Assembly: GCA_028534125.1 (NCBI GenBank)
Contig: CM052816.1
Coordinates: 101,370,001 to 101,434,000 of the forward strand
DNA from: Lama glama
Lineage: Eukaryota
Length of the DNA stretch: 64,000 nucleotides
Direction: 5' to 3'
A model generated the notes under the pieces. The model made no database searches. It was not told the DNA's origin and saw only the letters and a list, made by a program, of their open reading frames with translations. This document shows positions 22,521-64,000 of the stretch, piece after piece (the stretch's first letter is position 1; every line of letters begins with the position of its first letter). The position numbers were made by a program, and so were the translations under genes.

Positions 22521-23807
22521 CTACTGGTGCCTGCACCACGGATGTCATCCTAGAGTGGCTTCAGGACCTGTGGAGGGAAGGAGGCTGGGACCTCGCATAG
22601 CAGAAGGGGCCTGAACTGATGGAGGAGACGGGGGGCGGTGGTCCAGGGCCACTTGGGAGCACAGCAGTGTCCAGCCTCCTCTTGTGACCACCTCCCGAGG
22701 CCCTGTGAGCCCTAGAGAAGGCTGGACGCTGGGACAACTGGCGAGTGTGGCCCAAGGGCGGGTCCAGGGAGCAGCTGGCGTCTCCATGGAAAGGAAAGAG
22801 GAGAAAACAGGACTGCACAGGTGACCTCCCGGCCCACTGGTTGGCCCTAAGTCACTGTCACTTGGGAGGCTGCCGCTGGGCTGCCTGCCTGTGAGCCCAG
22901 GCGGCCCAGCTGGGGAGCAGGGCGGAGCCAGCATCATACCTGGTCCAGGTGAGGGCCGCGAGGTGAGAGAGGTCAGGAAAGACCCCAGCTCAGAGCAGGC
23001 CGGGAGCCCCCGGGCCATCTGCCTCTGCTGTCCTCAGGGTCCGTGGTGACCGCCAACAAGGAGGGTGGCCGTGTGGGGCTCTGTATGTTGTGAGGCCAGC
23101 AAGGGGTTGAGTTTCCAGAATCTTCCACGTGTGGTTCCGACACTGGCCTCCTCCTAGGCCCTCCATTGCAGGCTCCAGCATCCAGGCGTCCGGCCTCCAG
23201 GGGGCCGTGGGGCGAGTGACAGGATGGCCAGCAGGGGGCGGGAGGACTGCGCAAGCCATCGCCTCTGAGTCAGGTCTGAGTCCTGCTGCGTGGCTCTGCC
23301 TGCAGCCTTCTCCTGTGAGGCCTCCTGTCCTCGGGTTGCTCTGGGCCCCCGTCCACCATGCTGTACCCTGCTGGTCACCCATGGTTTCTCTCAGATGCTG
23401 CCCAGAGGCCAGGCATTGTGGAGGTGTTCCAGAAGCTTCCAGTCCAGCCTCACAGCCCTCACTCCCAGACCCTCTCCCATCCTGCTCACCCTACAGCTCG
23501 ACTCAGGGTTGTCTCTTCGCCATCCCCACCCCACCACCCTGGGCCCACTGCAGCCCCCAGAACACTTCCCTGGACACATTTTTGCCAGGCCTCTGGCCCC
23601 CACCATCTGGCTCCCTGGACCACCCTCCTCAGACTGACCTGAGCTCTGCCTCCCTCTCTGCCAGCTTGGGCTGCATCCCCTCTTGTCCCCTTGCCCTCAC
23701 GCGTGGTGGCCCTTATCCTCTGCCTCCCCCTGCTTCCTCCCCAGGCCCTGGAAGCCTAGGGGTTCTCTCCTCGCACCTGTCCAGGTGTGTCCGAAGCTGC
23801 ACACAGG

Positions 23808-23923
23808 GGTGGGTGGAACCCCCACCCCTCCCCGCACCACCCGACTCAGGGTCCACCAGGTGGAAGGCCGGGCAGGTGGGTGGAACCCCTCCCCCCACCA
23901 CCCGACTCAGGGTCCACCAGGTG
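23808..23923. repeat. Local tandem duplication, two copies of a ~50-55 bp unit
   Basis: ggtgggtggaacccc...caccacccgactcagggtccaccaggtg at 23808-23862 and 23875-23923. Confidence 0.9.
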
Positions 23924-24844
23924 TCCACTCTTGGGGGTTTGGAGACTTGAGCTGAGCCCCTCCCTCCCTCACTTCAGTCTGACCTTCCACTCTGCTGCCC
24001 ATATGGGGGGGTCCTCCCATGTGTCAGGGCTCAGGGCCCCCATCAAGTTTCCCCTGACCCCGCAGAGGCTCTTCAGACTGGCCTGCCCACCCGGGACACT
24101 TGCCGCGGGGGCACCTCCTTCTAGCCAGCCTCCCCTGGGGGCCCCGCCGGTCACCTGGTCAAGTGCTGTGGTCTCCGGAAGGTTCTGAAGGCTCTGGAGC
24201 TGCCAGTCGGCCACCTTGATGCGGCTGCAGAAGGCACCAGACGAGACTCCTGTGAACCACACAAGCACAGTGTTAGGTGACTTTTCAGCCCACCTTCTGA
24301 AACACGCCCAGAAGTGAAATTGTGGAGGTGCCATCAAAAGCTCCTTGGGTTTTTAACTCTCTCTGCTAGGGGACGTGGAGATGTGAGCCCGGGCTGCCCT
24401 GGCGCGGACGCCCCCCCACATGGGCTGACCTTGCCCCTGGGCTCCCAGCCAGGAGTCGGTGACAGTGAGCAGCACTGCTTCCCAGCCTCTGACGACCGCC
24501 GACAGCCGGACGTCTTCTCCTTTTGAATCTCCTGGTTTTGGGGGCAGAAGAGTAATGCCGCGCTTGGAAGCCGGGCTCCCTGGTGTTTTCGAGTGTAATC
24601 TCAGCCGAAATCTTTTATTTCCTTCCTGTGCAACCTCGCGGGTCGCAGCCCACTGGAGCCGACGCGGAGACTTTTCCCGAGATCGTGGCCCCTGGGCGCT
24701 CCCGCGCCTGTTCTGCGGCGGCTTTGGAGACCCTAGCCCGGCCCCTGATTGAGGCCAGTGACGCTTGGGATGCAGGCGTCTGGAGGCCACCCCTTCCCGC
24801 TGCGGGGGACCCTGGAGGTGATTCCATGATCTCTTCTTACTATG

Positions 24845-25205
24845 TGTATCAAGTTCTTAAAACTACCGTAACAAATGACCACAAACTGGTAGTTTGAAAC
24901 AATATAAACACATCCTCTCAGTCTGGAAGCTACAACTCCTGAATCAAGCGGAGGCCCGGGGGAGGGTCTTCCTGCCTCCCTCCTCCTGCCCCTCCTCCAG
25001 CCCCGCATGGCTCCAGGCACCTCTGGCTTGTGGCTGCATCCCTCCACCCCCAGCCTCTGCGGACACTTGACCTCCTGCCCCGTGTTTCTCCGGTGACTCC
25101 ACATCTCCTTTTAAAGCCACCCACTGTGTTGGGTCAGGGCCCCAGAGTCCCCAAGCCCTGGCCTTGCATCTGCATGGCCCTGCATCCAAAGAGGGCCCCC
25201 TCTGA
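24845..25205 (-). mobile_element. MLT1C/D-type MaLR LTR
   Basis: ctaccgtaacaaatgaccacaaactggtagtttgaaacaat...cagtctggaagc...tggcttgtggctgcatccctcca. Confidence 0.75.
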
Positions 25206-26867
25206 GCGTCTTTGGCCCTCTGTGCGCGTTCTGCTGTCACTCTCCTTACACGTGCGTGTGGTTCACGACTTTGTCTCCGCTGAGCTTGGTTTTCCCGTGT
25301 GTTTGCTTCTGCCCACTTGTTCTATCCGCCCTGAAAGCGTCTCAGACTAACTGTCCGTGTGGAAGCGCCCGCTTCTCGCTGGAGCGCTGGCAGGCCTGCC
25401 GTTGGGAGCTGAGGAGTCGGAAGGGCTCGCCTCCTCTCGCCTCCTCGGCTGCCAGCGTGAGCTTTTTGCTTTCCGGCTCTCTCCCTCTGATACCTGGCCA
25501 GCTGCGCTTTCTCTCGTTCCCTGGGGTTGCCCTCTGCTCGCTTGGGGAAATTAGCACTTCCTCCCGGAGCTCAGGAGCGGGGCCTGCCCCACCTCCCGAG
25601 TTGCTGCCTGTCAACTCCACAAACCCCTTCGACGCTTCACCGCTTCGACTCGCACCCTGGGCTGTTGCTGGCTTACGAGGTCCGTGTTCTGACGCGTTTC
25701 CTCCACCTTCACCCTCTGGTTGCCCTGCGCTTCTGTGCTTCTGCTGGGAACCTCATTCCAGCCACCTTCAGCTTGGGAGGGACGCTCTCAGGTTCCAGCC
25801 ACCCGGAAGCGTCTTCGTTCTGCCTTCCTCTCCGACTACCAACCACGTTGCTGGCGTGGAGTCTGGCGGCAGCCACCGGCCCGCTGGCCTCTCTGGCCTC
25901 CGGGCTGAGGTGGCGGCGCCTTGCTGGTTCACTTCTCTGCTCCGTGGCCCCGTTCTCCGTGGAAGACGAGTGTCACGGTTAGCCAGTCTTGTCCCCTGAC
26001 TTTGCCTGCCTCCCTGCTCACTGCTCCTGTGATCACAGGTTTTGGCCCGTGGACGTTGTCTCCGAGAGCATCTGTCTCTTGCGTTGGGCACAGACTGACT
26101 TGGTGGTTCTGAGCTGTGAGACCCGCTTGACCTTGGCACCCTTCAGTGGCAATCAGAGCTTTTTAAATGTATTTTTAGCTCATTGCCCTGAGAAAATAGT
26201 AATGACTTGCACTATTTACACAAAAAAAGCTGTTCTTACAGACACAGCTGTCCCCACCAGCACCACCCTCGGTCTGCTCTCATGTGAGTCAAGCCGAAGT
26301 TTGAACGAGGTGATTAAACCAAGAGGCAGTTCCCTAACCTGGAGACGGTTGATCGGGCATCCCTCCCTCTCTCTCCCCTTCGTGGAGAAGAAAGTGCAGA
26401 AGAGGTGGTTTGGTTCAGTTCGTCAAGCAGATTTGAAGTTTAAAACATGCAGTGACGCCTCAGCCAGTTTGGGAAACATTTCGCAGAATCGAGCCTGCGG
26501 GCCCCCGCCCCCATGCAGCCCCGGGTCCACGGGGCTCAGACACACACGCGTGTGTCCCATGGAGACTCAGCCCGGAGCCCCCAGCCCATGGGCGCGGGCC
26601 TCTCCCCCAGCCACAGGACCCCGGCTGTGACCTTGGGACAGGCCTCCCTCACCTTATCTGCGCTGTGGGTAATAATAGGGCACGAATCACCTTCCTGGGC
26701 GCCCGAGCGTGACCTGCTTATCTCCCGGCTGCGGCGGCCGTTTAATTTAAATGGTTGTGAAGTATTTTTGTCTCGGCAGTGCTGGAACCTAGAGGGTCCA
26801 GGGCACAGCCAGCGGAAATCAGCCCCCTTCCTCTGTCCACCGAGGTGTCTCCCGTATCCTCCCAGAG

Positions 26868-26870
<3 letters not shown>

Positions 26871-26904
<34 letters not shown>
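26871..26904. repeat. Perfect (TG)17 microsatellite
   Basis: Direct read. Confidence 0.97.
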
Positions 26905-26905
<1 letters not shown>

Positions 26906-27014
26906 TTCTTACAAAAATAGTAACACAGTATATACACTTCTGTTTCTCACTTAGACAAGCACCCTGGAAAGTGTTCCACACCACTTGACAGAAGGGAAGT
27001 CACGTAGTAAAGAA

Positions 27015-27400
27015 AATGTGTTCACAACGGTCATGAGAAGGAAGCAACCCAGGCGTCCATCTGTGGGTGATGGACAAACACAACGTGGCCCGTCCACATG
27101 CAGAATGTTATTCAGCCTTAAAAAGGAAGGGACCTCTGACACAGGCTGCAGCAGGGGTGCACCCCGAGGACGCTGTGCTAAGCTGGTCACAGGAGGACAA
27201 ACACTGCAGGACTGCCCTTACCCGAGGGTCTGGAGGAGTCAGATTCATAGAGACCCAGAGCAGACGGTGGTCCCGGGCTGGGGAGAGGACGAGGAGTCAC
27301 AGTGCAGTGGGGCGAGCCTCAGCTGTGCGCGACGAGACACTTCTGGAGACCAAGGCAGCGATGCTTGTGCGCCGTGTGGGGAGAGGTGGACTGAGGCACA
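27015..27400 (+). mobile_element. L1MB-like 3' UTR fragment
   Basis: ggaagcaacccaggcgtccatc...gatggacaaacacaacgtgg...gaatgttattcagccttaaaaaggaagg...agtcagattcatagagac; parallels 15205-15500. Confidence 0.8.
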
Positions 27401-30400
27401 TGAAACATTTTCGTGGTGGAACATGGATTCAAATCTGGCAGAAGTGGTTGGGGGGCCCCCCAACAGGGGCGAGGGGGGAGGCTTCTGTGGAGAAGGTGGG
27501 ATGACCTGATGGCGGGAGCTCAGATGTGGCCCTCTCGGGGAGAGGGCTTTCTGTGACAGCGGCCCTGTGCTGGTGACTGTGACAGTGGCCCTTGGTGATG
27601 GTGGCCCCCGTGATGGTGGCCCTCTCGCTCCCTGCACGCATGACATAAAATTGGCCATGTTAACCGTATATGAGTGTGCAGTACAGTGGCGTCAAGTCCA
27701 TTCACTCCTGTGAACGTACAAGGAGGCCACAGGGCGGGGTCACTCTGTGCTGGCCCTGCCCGTGCCCTGAGTCATCTCGGGCCGGTCTGGGGGTGGGGGG
27801 GTGGGGGGAGCCCAGGGGCCTAGGCGCTGGGTCAGAGATAGCAGAGGGATGGCAGGGTAGGGGAGATACTCGGCCCGGAGCCCCGTGGCCTGAGAGTCAT
27901 TGCTGTTCCTGGGGCCTGACGGCTGAGCCGGGACTGGCTGCCTGGGCCCCCAGGGACCTCGAACACGGGTGAGACACAGTAGTGTGTGTGGGCAGCGGTG
28001 GACGGAGGGGTAGCTTCAGACATTTCTACACGGCCAGCGGAGGTGTATGCCTCTCCAGCGCTTCTGTGGGGCTGACGGCCCTCGGGGAGTCTGGGGACCG
28101 CCGTGTGGGTGCCGGGTGTCTGGGCTCCAGCCGTGGCCCGTGGACAGGGATGGGAGAAGGTGGTGGCAGCTGTGGGTCTGGTGTCTGCATCCCCAGTGCC
28201 CAGGGGCTTGATACATGTTGACGTGTCGGTGGCACCTCTCTCATGTTCTGCCAAACAGAGGGTGAATTCTTCCAGCTCGCCAAAACCTCTTTACCTCCTC
28301 CGTGTACAGTGTCAGGTCAGGAGCAACACTTGTACTTTCACAGATCAGACTCTGGTTTCACAAGAAAGAGGCAGGGTCCTCCTTTCTGGGCCAGTTATAA
28401 AATGCTGCTCCACCCTCTTCGGGAACAGTCTACCCGTGGGGGACGGTCTGGCGTGCTCGTCCCCAACAACGGCAGGCCGCTTTCCTTTTTGAAGATTTAA
28501 ACAATCGTGTCTGTGATCGCCGAGGCTGCGAGCCTCGCGGGAGTTGGGCCTGCCTCTCTCCCCGCCCCTCCAGCGCTGATCTGGACCGGCTCTGCCTTCC
28601 CGGAAACCAGGCTGAGGCCCGCCAGTCACCTCGCCACCCCTGGAAGAACCCCCAAGATGGTCAGCGTCTTTGGGGTTTCAGCCCAGTTTGTTCTGAATGC
28701 GGTCGCCCAGGGCCCTCCACTTTCAAGACCATGGCTGAGGACTCACCCCAGCCCCCTCGGGCCGTGCTGGCCAGGGCTCCACCTCCTGCAGACGCATCCT
28801 CACTTTCCCAGTGGGGTGCGCCCTGTCTCCAGCGGGAGACTTCCCGAGACTGCCCGTGCCCAGAGCGAGGTCCTTGGCCCTGGCGTCAGGGTTTGTCCAC
28901 TTGTCCGGCTCCCCGTTGCCTTCCTGAACACCCGTGCTGTTACTGCGGAGGACCCCGCTGGCTCTGGCGGTGGCTCCCCGCTTCACTTAGCAGGCTGCGT
29001 TCTTTTGCTGTAGTTTTTGGAAAGCCTTTGTAAAGTCCTCAGGTTACAGGGAAAAGTTCTCCGGGCGGGGCCTTAGCACACTCTCATCCGGGCTCTGGGT
29101 CCTCCTAGAGGAGGACAGGCAGGAACCCCCTTCCAAGGCTGCAGGCCCAGCTCTCCCCACCCCTGGCCAAGGCTGTGTTCCACTCAACCCCCACCGCCCA
29201 CTAGACACCCCCACCTCCCACCCTCCCATCCCTCAGCCGAGGCTGCCTGTGCTGCAGAGGGGAGGTCGACAGTTCCGGGGACCCCGAGTCAGTCCCAGGT
29301 TCACCCTCCGTCCGACTCTGGAGCTGGCTTCTCAGTGCCGGTTCAGGTGGATCTAAACCCATTTGGACACTGGTGTGGACTTTCCTCTGAGCTGACAGCA
29401 AGCATTTATCCAAGACTCATTTGAAAAGAGATGACTTGTGGAGCCAGAAGGGGAGCTGGAGGACAAGACGGCATTTGGGCATCTCAGACTTTAGAGATAC
29501 TGGAGCCTCCGCTTCGCTCCAGCTGGCAGCGTCCTGGGAGAGAGGCGGGAGTGAGGGCACGGCTCCCACGGCACAGAGCCCGAGCCAGCCGTGGAAGGGC
29601 TGTGACTCCTCTCCGGCGCTCGAGTCCCGGGCTTTCTAGCTTGCTCCTTCTTTTGATGTGACCTCCTTCACTCTGTGGGAAATGAAACCCAGTGAGGTCT
29701 CAAGGGCTCAGGGTCTGCAGCGGGGGTGGGGGTGGGGGTCCCACCTGGGCGTCTTCAGATCCAACCTGACAATACTTCTTGGGGGTCTGCCCCCTGCTCC
29801 TCTGTGTGTACCCCGGTCCTGGGGGTGGTGGAGCAGGGGGGCGAGCCCGAGGCATCCCGGAACCGGGAGTGGGCCACTCGGCCACAAGCACCAGACATCC
29901 TGAGCCGGGGACAGGCAGAGTGGGGCCAGCTGAGAGCAGGACGTCAGCACCACTCCCTGGGGGCACTGAAGGTTGTGGAGACGACGTGTTTCAAGGTATG
30001 GTCGTGTGTCACTCTGCAACGAGGAGCTTCTACCTAGAGTTAGAACATGGTTTTATTTTGAAAAATTCTGAAGCTCCAGAAAAGTGCAGCAATAGTGTGA
30101 GGACTCCCATGTGCCCCATAATGTCCTTCACAGTTGCCCCTCCATTTCCCCTTCACCTCCTCACCCCTCTCGCCCGCCCACTGAGGGCTGGGTCCTGTTT
30201 GCACTCTCAGGTGACAATGACGTGATTCAGCAGCCGGGCCATTGTTCTGCGGAACCCTGGAACCAGCGAGGCGCTGGGGTATGTGTTCCCAGGGTGGACT
30301 GCGGGCTTCTAAGTGGGCAGGGCTGGGGCACCACAGCAGGAGTCCTGGGGGTGGAGGGACCCAGATATAGGGTCACATTGAGAGTCTGAGGGAGTCTGGG

Positions 30401-30614
30401 GGTGAAGGGCCTGGACTTGGGGTCACAGAGGGGGTCACAGTGGGGAGCTGGATGTGGGGTCACTGGCAAGGCTTCTGCAGACTGAGCCCTGATTGCCACC
30501 CGAAGGAGGGCGAGGTTGTACTGACAGAGCCCCAAGGGCAGGAGGGCAGCCACCTCCCAGGGTGGGTCTCGGCTCCGTCCAGCTGTGTTGATGACCACAG
30601 GAGCCAGCACAGGT

Positions 30615-30670
30615 CCAGCCCTTATCTTACAGATGAGGAAACTGTGGCCAGAGGTGAAGGATCGTTTGCA
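30615..30670 (-). mobile_element. MIR core fragment
   Basis: cccttatcttacagatgaggaaactgtggccagaggtgaag. Confidence 0.65.
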
Positions 30671-32531
30671 GGGGGCTGGGAGGGTGTCTCCCGTCTCTTT
30701 CAGAGGCTGCGGTTGGTCCTCCAACTTTGCCACCCCAGAGTCAGCTGTGGCTTCATCTTTCTGGGCCGTGGACTTGCTGTCCTGGAGGACACGTGGGGCC
30801 GGGGTCTCAGGTGTGGAGGTTCCCAGGTCCAGGGAAGAGGCCGCAGCCCCTTCTGAGCCACTGCATGTGGGGCAGACATGGGGTCCTTGCAGGGCCTGGG
30901 GAGAGGGTGTGCCCAGCACCCAGTGGCAGGGATGCAGGGGACCCTCTGAGGTGCCTGTGCTCCCACCACCCTCTTCAGCACCACATCCTTGGTTTCGCAG
31001 ACTGATGCTCACACCTTTCCAAGAGGGCGGGCCGCCTCCCTGGGAAGGACACCTGGGGACCCCCCTGTCTTTTGGGGTGGTCTTTTTCCCACCTTCCATG
31101 CTGCTGACGTGGAGAAGGGGCTAACAGCCACCTAGTGCCACCCGCAGCCCTGACCTCTGCCATGTGACACTCCAGCCCCTTCCTTCTGTGTAGGTGGGTG
31201 TGAGCGTGGCCCGACTCAGAAGGCTGGTGCTGGGTGGGGGCGGGGTCACAGGGAAACATCTCTGGAGGGCCCAGGTGCCCAACTTCTGCCGAACTGAGAC
31301 GCCCTACCTGCTTCTCCGTTGTCTTTTGCTGCTTGTGGCTTTCCTTGTTTTGATTTTCTGTGGTCTGGCTGTTGAGGGGAGCACAGTGCCTGGAAATGCA
31401 GAGCCCCTGGGGCCCCCACCCCGAGATACACAGCGCTTCCCTGCCTCAGGCCCAGAGAAACCCACGCAGGTTCACACTCGATCCCATCCGCGCGTCTGCT
31501 TGTTGCTACAGTATGTTGTGACCATCTTTGCCCACACCGCCTGCATTTCTGCTCTATTTTTGTAAAACTATTTTGGGGTGATCATTGCATCCAAATGTCA
31601 CAACTTTTTGGACCAACTTCTCTTTCATGGACATTGGTTGTAGCCGGCTTTCCTGTGTCTTTAACAAATTTCCAGGTGCTTGGAGGATACGAGGCCCCTG
31701 GCATCCTGGTGAGTGCCTGGCTGGGGTCCCGACCCCCACCTTGCGGCCTTTCCTGCTCTGTACTGCAAGCTGCCCTTGGGGCCTGCCCAGATGTGCCCCA
31801 GTGGGGTCTGGGCAGGGGAGGGCTCCTCTGAGCCGCGGGGATGGGCCTGGGGTCCCCAGTGGGCAGAAGTCGTGTCCCAGAGCCCTGGTGACTCGTGTCT
31901 GTGGGGTTATGTCCGTTGTGCGCGGAGCCCCTAGACTGGCCCCCCTGCTGGAAGCGCTTCCCTGGACCCCTGGCTGGTGAGCCTCAGCCCGGCAAGGGGG
32001 AGGGGAGGGGAGACCGGATCACCGCCCCAGGTGGTCAGTCCCACTCTCCGGCTGCAGGTTGGGGACAGAGAGGACTGGGGAGGGACAGTGAAGGCAGAGG
32101 TGGGTGCAGTTGCGGGAGGGGGTGGAAGTGCGGGCTTGGTGGGGGACAGACCAGGCAGAGGCCTGCTTGGGGCAGGAGGTGGGGCGGGCAGTGCAGGAAC
32201 CGAGTCAGCCGCTGGGGGAGCGGCGGCACCGGGGTCCGGGGGCGCAGGCAGCCTCCGGGAGCAGGCTGGGAGAGGGGGGCTCTCTGCGGAAGGCGCCCCG
32301 CTCCACCTCGCCCCGCCCCGCCCCGCCGGGCGGCACACAAACTTTTCCAGGGCCCGCGGGGACGGCAGGTGCGGTCACGTGGGGCGGGCGGGCCGGGGGC
32401 GGGCCTCACGGACCCCGCCCCTGCGCTCTAGTCCCGGCGCGTCGGCCGGAGCGGGCGGAGCCGGGCCGGGGCGCGCGGAGCGGAGCGGAGCGGAGCAGGG
32501 CGCTCCGAGTGGCCCGAGTGCCGAGCGCGCC

Positions 32532-63954
<31,423 letters not shown>

Positions 63955-64000
63955 GTGAGGGCGCGCCGGCGCTGGGCAGGGCTGCATGTTGCGCCCCAAG

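Noticed and set aside
23808-23923. Short direct-repeat pairs as a CRISPR-like or regulatory array (also 48436-48500 and 17622-17665)
   Set aside because: Eukaryotic locus with only 2-4 units and no unique spacers; ordinary slippage duplications

Overview
GC-rich, non-human mammalian genomic DNA with spliced genes, so almost all entries in the six-frame ORF track are chance ORFs. The window holds the 5' ~85% of one + strand gene, SLC12A7 (K-Cl cotransporter KCC4). I traced 20 canonical coding exons by hand from ATG 32532 to 63954: 2739 nt, 913 codons, all GT-AG, all phases compatible, no stops. The gene continues past the window end. Most notable: (1) a second CpG-island first exon 22.6 kb upstream (9940-10129) that is phase-compatible with exon 2 and encodes an RFxV SPAK/OSR1-docking motif (MSQRFVVT) missing from the canonical KCC4 N-terminus (MPTNFTVV); (2) intron 10 is a minor-spliceosome (U12) intron; (3) ancient L1 fragments show a strongly one-directional AT->GC shift; (4) splice-site oddities and an AT-rich candidate enhancer in introns 14-19. 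The rest is old repeats (L1M, L2, MIR, MLT1/2, MER53-like), simple repeats and one 166-nt N gap. Repeat names and comparisons with human or mouse sequences are from memory, not database searches. The species cannot be assigned from this window.
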